DNA of 64,000 nt from Asterias rubens. Lineage: Eukaryota. A model generated the notes under the pieces. The model saw only the letters and a program-made list of their open reading frames with translations. It was not told the origin of the DNA and did no database searches. Where the stretch lies: NCBI RefSeq assembly GCF_902459465.1, contig NC_047081.1:10540001-10604000 (forward strand), given 5' to 3'. Each line of letters starts with the position of its first letter. The stretch's first letter is position 1. A program made the position numbers and the translations under genes. Below, piece by piece: positions 50,501-60,484 of the stretch.

Positions 50501-53500
50501 ATGTGGCCAAAGTTTGATGAAATAGAAATAACTGCTTAAATCAACTGACCATAAGATGATATTGTTTAAAAGTAAACAGAGATATGCAAATTTTTGAGCG
50601 AGTTCATTGGTGATAAACTAATCACAAGTTATTATCATTATAAGTTAAGGTGCAATATTCAATGGTGGTGTATGAGGAACTCAAAGGCCATTTTTGAAAA
50701 CACGGCTCCCACTCTGGCTATGGCTTTGAGGCCATGAAACTTAGCCAGAGTCGTAGCTGTTGTATCAAAAAGGGCCTAAGACAGAAGAAAGAGAAGGGTG
50801 TGTATTACATTAGACCTTGATCATGGGCCTGCCATTTTGAAGATATGATGATGGAACCACAACAGCTTTCACAAAAGAAATCTATTTGGAAAATGAGCTT
50901 TGGATCAAAGCCATTTTTATCTACTTTAAGACTGAGACCAAGCCGGATGATTTACTAGCAAGAATTCCTTCATGGACACACGTCAGCATTTCTTGCAGTG
51001 AACACAAAAACGACGAAACAACACACACACAATATAAAAAAACACACACACAAGAAAAACAACTCACTGAGTCCAAATTTGGGATCTGCCTTTTCTTTGA
51101 ACCCCAGTGGGTAAGTGCTGAGCCCGGTCAGCGTGTTTATGGGATAACGATGTGAGTTGAGGGTAGGGTTCTGATTCTGAATTCGGTATCGGTGCGGGTT
51201 GACAGCCGGTATTCGGTGCGAGTACATCTGTCGAGACTCGCCAGTAGAGGGCCTCTTGAGGAGTTGTTGCGGATTGGTGACCATGTGCTCGTCGTGAACT
51301 GCGCATATCGGCATGTCGTTCAGGCCTGAGGAAAACACGCATTTATTCACAACGGAGAATATCTTATGTCGACCAAGATTGGAGTCCACCCACGAGAATT
51401 CCGTCATCTCAACCCCCGTCTGTCTCCGCGAGTAGGCCCGAACCCTGAACATCATGGCTTGAAGACGCACTCCCGACTACCACATCTCAAACTCTAAATA
51501 CGGGGCAACACAGGCCTATGTATGTTTTTTTTTTTTAAAGGGCAAGAGCACCAAGGCATTTTCTCCTTGGAGGCACCCTAATTTCTACCGGAGCATTTCA
51601 AGGGCACCAAGTCAATGACCAGGGGCCATGGAGCCAATCGCCTCCGTTGCCTCCTTGAATTATCAGGCTTGGCATTAATTGGACACAGAGTGACTCCCTC
51701 GTGCTTATGGCAAACTAGACAAACTCGAAAATAGGCCAAAACAATTTTTTCCCAAAATGTTTTCAACACATGCGAGTCAGTGCCTTTCCAAGTAGTTAGT
51801 ATTTAAAGATCAGTCACAGAAAAAAAGTTTTGAAAAGAGCAACATGCAGAAATTTCTTGCAAATTATTCTGGTCATTAATGGAAAGAGAAAAAAATTGAA
51901 AAAAATTGCAGTACGCTTGGCTGATTGAAGGAAGTTTTAAGAAGCATTTGAGTTTGGCAGAAGTGAAATGTGAAATTATCTCGTCTTTTTGCTACAAAAT
52001 GAGTTAGTTGGTCCCAGAGTAGTATTTGTTGTTTGATTTCAGTTAATGGTGGGTATCTTTAAGTTCCATTTTAGAAATGACAAGGGTGAAATTAGTACAT
52101 GTAAAGGATTTCAGACGAACAAAAGAATGAATTAGTAACATGCAAGTTAGTTTAGTACAAGTAACACCAAGAGACTATTGTGTGCATTTGAGTCGGGCTG
52201 TCACATGTAAAGTAAATGTCCGTACCTGTGATTTTAACAAAAAGTCAAAACTAACAAGTACAGATTTTTTTTTTCTTCTAGTTTTGTGCTCACAGAAGAA
52301 CTTTCATGCTATATTCTGATCACATTACCCTTTTTTTTTATTGAGGCAACCGATATAAGCATTTGGCATTTTGTGGAGTCTTCAAACGCTAATTTCTTAA
52401 ACTTGACTATATTTTAGAAGGATTTTTTTTGTCTGAGCTTGAAGCTTGATAAATCTTTTTGTTTGTGCCCAATAAGTTGTGTGGTTAAAAATGTATGTGA
52501 TTTGGTATGGAATATATGCGGATGGGGGCCCATTGAAAAGAGAAAGAAATTCTGGGCATCAGAACAACTCTACAGAGAGGGAGTTTGGCCTTGACTCTTG
52601 AAAGTCTTTGGCAAAACATCCACTTTTGGAGAGAGAATTTTCCACTTCACTGCACCAAGACTTATCTTAAAGTGTGCATTAATCTTTATTACAAAAGTTA
52701 GCTAGTGGCCTGACATTTTAAGAAGAGTTTTCATGAGAGGCTATGAATAAACAAAGTCTTAAGCCACAATACAATTCACTATAATATACAACTCATCTTT
52801 AAACGAGTTTGAGCGCTTTGTTGGGGAAATGAAGCCCAAACAAAGTAAAAATTAATTTGTTTAGAACTGCCAACTCAAATGCACCTTTTCTGTTACAACA
52901 GAGAGTTAGTAAGAAGGGAATGGGGGAAACATGCAACTAGTGTTTGGAGTTTGTTGAGGTGTTAGACAACGACTTACTCATGCCAAACTGAGGGTCGGCC
53001 CTTTCTCGCATGGACAACGGGAAACGGCGGTAGTGCTTTTGGCTGTCGATCTGATTGATCTTGTGATTTTGCAACGGCGGATTGATGTGGTTCGGGTGGT
53101 AGTTGATTGCCTGGACGGGCAGTTTAACGGGGAGGGACAAGCGAGTCTGGTCGAGGCCACTGCTGGTGGCGGGCCTGCTCCTCAGCTTGAGACGGGGGTT
53201 GACGACGAAGCCCTCGTCGTGGACGGCACAGATTGGGAAATCAAGCAAACCTGGATAATTCATTGTTTACAGAAATCAGAATTAATTATCAGTTAATGGG
53301 AGACTTTGGAACGCTTGGTGGCAGCATACCACGTCAATTTTCATTGTCGACTTTTGTCGATTTTTTTTTGACGATTTTTGAGCATGCGCATCAATACCAA
53401 GAACAATGGATTTCACCAGGTAAGTCTGCTGCCACCAAGCGTTCCAAAAGTTATCAATCCTTGGGAAAAATAATATTTTATCAAATACAAGGGTTGACCT

Positions 53501-54926
53501 ATATACATGTATATACACATGGTGCAGGCTTTAATGGAAATTTCAGCAAGATTTTTCACAATTTGGTCGAATTTTTCAAAGAGTTGGAAATCAGACTAGA
53601 GTAGACTTCTAAACAAGTAAGTTTGTATTGCCATTAATTTTTTAGAGTGATTACCAATCGACCAAACATAAGCTTCCCTTCAAAGGCACTGGACACTATG
53701 GGTTTATTTCTCAAAATATATTTTTACTGAAGTAGTTTTTGACGAAAGGGGTAGCTTTTCACTAAAAAAAAAATACTTCAGGCCTGAATACGTTTATGAG
53801 GCATTAAAAGCAAACAAGTTTGTGAAAAGATTTGGTTTTTTTTATTCAATATTCTCTTGCAACGTCGAGGACCTGCAATTGAGTCCAAACTCACAGGTTT
53901 GTTATTTTATGCATATGATGGGATACAACAAGTGAGAATACTGGTCTTTGACAACACCAAATTTGTCCAGTGCTTTTAAAATGGTGGACACTTGTGCAAG
54001 GTGCTCTATACATTATAGGCCGACTGGTTTTTGACAATCCAAACTTAAACCTTCCCTTTAAAAGGACAGGTGAGACTCACTTTAAACAGGACTGTAAAAA
54101 AAAAGTGCTTCCTCCATTAGTCAAAGAGACTCTTGTGTGCTGAGCCAATAAATAATTCATTAAATCTATGGCCGGCGTGTCTGGGGCTCGTAGCGTCTCT
54201 AGGCTAGAGCAAACTAGTCAATTGATCAAACAGAGTCATTCGCTCTATCGTTTATTTCTCTTTCACAAAGTGCCCGATACAGACAGCTGGCTTTGTTTCC
54301 GTCAGTTTTTGAGCCATGGCTTAACAAAGAAAAACCTTTGAGCTTCAAGAGTTGCCGTTTATAACTGAAGGTTTTCCTTGGTTGATACTTTGGGTAGATG
54401 TTAAAGGGAAGGTAAAACATTCTTGGCAATCTCTCTTTAAAGGCTGTGGAAACTATTGGCAATTACTCAAAATAAATTAGCATACAACTTCATTTGGTAT
54501 CGAGTAATGGGGAGCTGTTGATAGTATAAAACACTGTGTGAAATGGCTCCCTCTGAAGTAAACATAGTTTTCAAGAAAGAAGTAATTTTCTTCGAATTTG
54601 ATTTCGGGACGTCAGAATTAGAATTAGAGGTCTCGAAAATAATGTCATTTTCAGTTGACTTCAATATGATCTAAATTGTAATATGTCTGAGATTTTTGTT
54701 TACCTTTGATATGTCGGACTCTACCAGGGTGGGGGTTGTGACGAGCGAAGAAGGCACTCTGACTCAGGTTGCCGAACCGAGCACTGGCCATGGTGGCCGG
54801 CCGGTTCCCTGCAAAGTCCTTCCTCGTCATAGGGAGATGGTGGTTCTTGGTGTTATGTTCTGGTACAACACCCAGAGTGCTGCGGACCACCAGCGGGTCA
54901 CCATTGGACGGGGTGAAAACGGGCAT
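47556..54926 (-). CDS. TBATA: SPATIAL-domain protein, TBATA/C4orf17 family (likely pro-orthologue of both), 411-502 aa depending on use of duplicated exon 2
   Basis: Exons (minus): 54704-54926; 2a 52978-53250 and/or 2b 51068-51325; 49921-50165; 49065-49146; 48274-48510; 47556-47746. Motifs: FGNLSQSAFFARHNPHPGRVRHIKGL..PICAVHD, WREEL..L, LCQILQTDSINAVQSWL....REKELV. The acceptor at 54941 followed by an in-frame TGA supports ATG 54926 as the start. Confidence 0.88.
49307..49571. mobile_element. Fold-back MITE (GGGTGGATTTCACAAAG TIR, CAG TSD) with internally amplified palindromic modules
   Basis: More than 60 bp of perfect terminal inverted repeat. CAG at 49304-49306 and 49572-49574. Interior consists of AGTCCTAA/TTAGGAC and CTATCTCTTAGCATTGCCTA modules in both orientations. 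Confidence 0.88.
51068..51325 (-). CDS. SPATIAL gene exon 2b (258 nt, phase 1-1), paralogous to exon 2a
   Basis: TTTTCCTCAG|GCCTGAACGAC ... GGACTCA|GTGAGT; encodes GLNDMPICAVHDEH...FKEKADPKFGL. Confidence 0.85.
52978..53250 (-). CDS. SPATIAL gene exon 2a (273 nt, phase 1-1)
   Basis: TCCAG|GTTTGCTTGAT ... GGCATGA|GTAAGT; encodes GLLDFPICAVHDEG...MRERADPQFGM. Confidence 0.85.
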
Positions 54927-56786
54927 GGTTCAGTTCCACTTCTGTATAAGCAAAATAAGATAAATAAATGAACCAACACATACAAATACAACAGTTCATT
55001 TTCTACCTCAAAGGCTAAATACAGCCAGTCCATTATTAAAACTCATAAAAATAAGTTTTATTATAGTAAGATTCATTGAAGGCGCTTGAACAATTGCAGA
55101 AACATTTTAAGACTATTATGAATTACGAGACCAATTTATGAATGCATTCAACAGCCACTGTCAGAAACACTTGGCAATTCCTTTTTCTTCACAATAAAGT
55201 CTAACTGGGTTGTTTTACATTCATTGCACAACACACTCGAATTATGGCTTCACATCCCATTTGAAGGATGCAGCAATAATGGTGTCTTGATTAAAGGCAC
55301 TGTACATGTTTGGTAATTGTCAAAGACCAGTGTACTCACTTGGTGTATCCCATCATAAGCAAAAAATAACAAGCCTGTGAAAATTTGGGCTCAATCGGTC
55401 ATCGAAGTTGCGAGAAAATGATGAAAGAAAAAAACAAATGGACGAATTTGTGTGCTTTCAGATAGGAATAAAATAATTCTAGATAGAAGTCTTCCCTTTA
55501 AGGACACGAGTGTCAAGCAGACCAGGACTCGAACCCACTCTCATGTTGATAAGAAAAACCAGAGCTTTGGGCCCAGGTCTTAATAATGAACCTTTTCTCC
55601 ATGTTTTTGAACCTTAATGAACCTATTTTCCAAATGTCCAACTGCTCCAATTCTCCACAACACGAACACACACACCAAAATGTTGCTTTTATCAAAACAT
55701 GAGCATGAGAGACAAAAAGAACAAAAGACACCCCTCAGAAAAATCCCAGTTACGCCTAAAATACACTTCTGAACTGTGTACTGATACTATGTAATATAAA
55801 GTGATTGTTTCCAATCAATGTATGTGTAAACACAAACTGAAAAACCTACTGGCACAAATCAGGGTTTTGCTTGCTCCGATGTTTGTTCACATTTTCTTGA
55901 AAACGTGGCCAAACAACAACATACCCGAGTTGCCAATGAGTTACAGCCGAGTATTTACTCAGGTTTTGTCCGTTTGTTTTCTTTGCATGTTATAATACTT
56001 GGGTCGTCTAGAGGACTGCTGATGGTTTTCGTTGACTTTAACGCTTTCTCCCCGCTGGCATTTCAGCTGTGTTTGTTCACTTATTTATAAACACGGCATA
56101 TGTTAAAACTTATTTATTATAATGCCTTTTTTTTAATTGTGTTTTTTAACAGTCAATGTGTCATTTACAATTTTTTGATAGAAAATTGGCTGGGGTTCAA
56201 TTTGGGGTAAAACATCCCACAAGACAGCAGTTCTTGTTAAGACCAGATTTAAAATGAGCAAAAAAAAACACAAAAAAAAACCACCACTATAGTGTCACTA
56301 AGAACTGTTTTGCATTGAACGAGCACTTTTAGAAGGTTTACTATCTCATTGTCTGATGGGTCATACTTCCATACTCAACAAAATTAAGATAATTATATGG
56401 GAGCTTAAGTCAACATTTGAAACTTGTTTTTTCTCTGATGAGGATTAAAAAATACAAGACTGCTCGACTTGTCTGGCTGTAAAGTTTCTGGCCTGGTTGC
56501 TAAGCAAAATTTAGAAGATAACCATTTGTGACATTTAACAAGATTTTGGATGACCAATTGCTAGATAATCAAATTTGTCATCACCAAGCTTTAACAGTAC
56601 CAAGCTTACTCAGAAAAGAGGGAGCTTCTTAAATTTAATGCTAAATAAAACAATGGACACGACTTTAAAATCACAACTTTACAATATAGACGCGTTCCTA
56701 GGTTGCTGTGGAGTCATGACTAATGTAATAGTACATCCACGCACTTAATATGATTATTTGACTTCTAACAACATTAACAATCACAG

Positions 56787-56932
56787 GGGCCGATTTCACA
56801 AAGATCTAAAATTGATCGTAACTGCAAATCAATCGCAGTTGCTTAGTAAAGTGTGATGTCACAATACAAATCACTATGGTGATACTGAAAATTTGTCTTG
56901 CGATGAATTGTATTGCTTTGTGAAATCGGCCC
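56787..56932. mobile_element. MITE with related TIR (GGGCCGATTTCACAAAG), CAG TSD, unrelated interior
   Basis: CAG-GGGCCGATTTCACAAAG ... CTTTGTGAAATCGGCCC-CAG. Confidence 0.85.
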
Positions 56933-57712
56933 CAGGTCTCACTCTGGGCAAGTCTATGATCTTCATTATTGGACCAAACCGAACATGCTGGACACAATCA
57001 ACAGTGGTTTTCATTAAAGTTCAATCATTAATCATAAAGCTACGGAGTAACGCTGTCAAATGCACTTGCAACCATCCAATAACAGATATGACTAATGAGT
57101 GTGCTGGATTTGCTATGTCAATGTGGTGCTATCCACATTTTTAAAGGGAAAGGACACTGATTTTAAAAATTTCTTGTAAAAATCTCTGAACTCTAATGTT
57201 TTTAAAGTTCAATTTGTGTGGAGAATCCAAAAACTTAAATTTGAGAACAGTTTTCATAAGTAGTGAGGCCCTGTCAGATTTAGCTCAAGAATTAATTTGT
57301 CAAAGTTTTATCTCAAAGATTAATCAGACAATCTTCTTAATGACAGAGAGGTCTCTACTCTACTCGTTGGAGATAAAATAAAAAGCCAAAACCGTCCACC
57401 AGAACGTCAAGTTTTCAGCACTGTAGATCAACAGGCATCTTTCTAAGATAAGAATTAACTATAAGTTCCGTAGTTAACTTGCAGGCACCATGTGTAAAAT
57501 ATCCTTTTTTTCCTATTCCCAAAGAAGAGCAGAGTAGCCTACACTGTTCACAAAAAAATTGAGACCACACCAGCTCTTTTTCAGAGCCCACACTCCTCCA
57601 AAATAGATATTGATGGGTGTACCTGCAAGTTTACTATTAATAGTTAATTTCTTGTCTTATTTTCCACACCATGAAAGCTTCACACACATGCACAAGTCTG
57701 TTCATTATTTAA

Positions 57713-58094
57713 AGGCAGTGGACACTATTGGTAATTACTCAAAACAATTATTAGCATAAAACCTGACTTGGTAACGAGTAATGGGGAGAGGATGATGGTA
57801 TAGAACATATTGAGAAACGGCTCCCTCTGAAGTGACGTAGTTTTCGAGAAAGAAGTAATTTTCCACGAATTTGATTTCAAGACCTCAAGATTAGAATTTG
57901 AGGTCTCGAAATCAAGCATCTAAAAGCATACAACTTCGTGTGACAATGGTGTTTTTTTCTTCTTTCATTATTTACTCGCAACTTCGATGACCGATTGAGC
58001 TCAAATTTTCACAGGTTGGTTATTTTATGTATATGTTGAGATACACCAAGTGAGAAGACTGGTCTTTGACAATTGCCAATAGTGTCCAGGGTCT
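57713..58094 (+). mobile_element. Near-complete copy of the TTAA-flanked family
   Basis: TTAA-AGGCAGTGGACACTATTGGTAATTACTC ... GCCAATAGTGTCCAGGGTCT-TTAA. Confidence 0.82.
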
Positions 58095-60300
58095 TTAATG
58101 AACAGACTCTTGCGACAACATTGTTTTTGCCCAAATTCACAACAAAATATTTATCATGTACGGTATCCATGGCTCATTCTTTCATTTATTTGCAGAAATT
58201 CCGAGAGTATTAGCAGGAGTGTACCAAACACAATGGTTCTAAAGCGACAGGGAGACTTCTCTGGTTTTACAGTAAACAGTCACTTGTCTACAGTCAACAT
58301 AGAAACTACAATCAGTAAACAGACAAACTTTGCTTTGGGTAAACTTTAACAACAGCGATAACTTTGTGAGACCATAAGGGGGAGCCAGAGGTTGAGTGGC
58401 AATTTATTTAGAGGTACACGGTAGCAATTGTTAATAACGAAAGATGTCATGACTTATGCTAGTTATCGGTAGGGTCATAAATTAGATGATGTCAAGGTTA
58501 TGCAGATTATCCAAAATTATCAAAAGATACAATAAAGTCAACTGTGAAAGTTTAGTATTTTTATCAAGAACATTTAATCCATCAAGGTGACAGCCACTAC
58601 CAACCAAAGAAATTTTAATTTTCAGTCCATCCTCAGAAATATACTATAGAAATGATTCATGAGTAAATTGTTTATCAAGTATAAAACAAAAATTGAGGGG
58701 TGAAAATTTACCCAAAATACTTTCAAAGTAGTCTATCTACAGCTGCAGTGCTCCTTACCATGTAAGTTTTTCTGGTAATTAATTTCTATGGTCTTTACCA
58801 CTCTATGGCCCTACCTTTAAAGGGTTTGAAAAACAAATGACAATACTACAAACATAAATAACTTACAAGGTTTACAGATGTCAGGGTGGCAAACTTTCTT
58901 GGACATTTTTTATTTGTGATGACAAGTTTTTTTTATTTATTTTTTTTTTTTTTTACATTAAATGAGTAAACAAAAATTACTTTTGATCTTGTGAGACCAA
59001 ACTTCAGATGTTCTAAAACAATAAGTTTTGTTCTCACTAGGGTTATTCCTCAAAGACATCAATGACCAATCATTGTTTTGCTTCGTGTATGTTGGGTCAC
59101 ACTCAGTATAGTGGTCTTTGATAAAATACATTTCATCACTTTCCCAAACCAAGACAAAACAAAATCAGCTTTTCATGTTAGACTGTTGATTTTGAATTGC
59201 AAACTGAGTTCAGACAAGTTACCAAGTGAGGACTCATGTTGGTTCTCCTTTTCAAGTGACCAAAAAATGCTACAAAAAGACCAACAAATTGCTCAAAGTA
59301 CACATATACTTCCACTCAACCAAAAACTTCCAAATAAATAAGTTGACTTCTAATGTTTCCCATATCTACATGTATGTAATCCATGTTTCCAAGATAATCC
59401 AAATTTCTGATCTATATATTTTTTTTAAAGAAAGGTTTTCTTTGAAAAAATCAACACCTCCATGGTAAAACTATGTATGGGCATACATGTATGGTGATGA
59501 TTACACAGAAATTAATGATCTCTAAAGGGTCTCAAGTCAAGAGAAATTCAACCTTGGCAACGCTTAAGACTGTACAAAGTTTAAGATCTTAAAATTGTGT
59601 TATTTGTTTTTGATTGGGTGGGGTTAAAATCCACTGAATGTGCGTTGGGATAACTTTCCGTATGGCGCCACCACTTTTTCACTCATTTTTACAAAAAGGG
59701 ATATATCAATCAGGTAAATTAGATACTATATTATTTTATTTCGAATGAAAAAGTGGTGGCGCCATACGGAAACTTTTCCGTGCGTTGTCACAGTTGTGAC
59801 AAATCCACATACATTTTTACACACTGTTATATGCATTTACAACTTCTCATCCAAATACTAAGCCCAAGGATTTATGTTTATCACTGTGATCGCGTTTACG
59901 CCTTTAATCCAATTATCTTTTCTGATCAACAATTAAATAAACTTTACTGTGTTTAATCTCAAATTGCTTTTTGATGGGACTGGGTCCGTTAAGTCAACAG
60001 CAACACTAAAGTGGTTACATTATACTGGTTTGTCACAAAAATATAACTTGAAAACTGCTAGTTTCTTAGTGTTGTCTTCACGAGTTGTTGTGAAGACGCG
60101 ACACGAAGCAACCATTTTTCACCTGTTACTACGCCATGCCATAGCGCTCAACATAATTGATTGAATTTTAATAGCAACAACAATTCCGCAAAATCTGTTC
60201 GTCGTCCCACGCTGGGATTTCCACCAAAACCTACCCTAAAACTCCTTCAAATAAAACCATTCCGACTGATTGAACAAAGAAATACATTCCAAATGCTTAC

Positions 60301-60440
60301 CTATAGACTTTGATGGTGATGGACTCTCAGATTCAGGGCGGAGAAATCGAGAAATAACCGGCCAGTTTCGTTTTCAGAGTAGTGCTTGCTTGGTTGATTG
60401 AGCTTGTAGTGTGTGTGCGTACAGTGTGTACGGGTTGTAT
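60301..60440 (-). other. Candidate non-coding first exon of the SPATIAL gene (5' boundary unknown)
   Basis: Strong minus-strand donor ATAG|GTAAGC at 60301/60300 in a locally GC/CpG-richer stretch just downstream of an X-box. The next acceptor with a start codon is at 54941. Confidence 0.45.
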
Positions 60441-60469
60441 GAGCTCTCAGTACGGGGTGGTTGTGCCCC

Positions 60470-60484
60470 GTTGCTAAGGGGAAC
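60470..60484. promoter_or_regulatory. RFX X-box at the putative SPATIAL promoter; second weaker X-box at 60836-60849
   Basis: GTTGCTAAGGGGAAC matches the CFAP299 X-box (GTTGCTAAGGGCAAT) at 13 of 15 positions. Second site GTTTCTAGGGAGAT (reverse complement ATCTCCCTAGAAAC). Confidence 0.6.
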
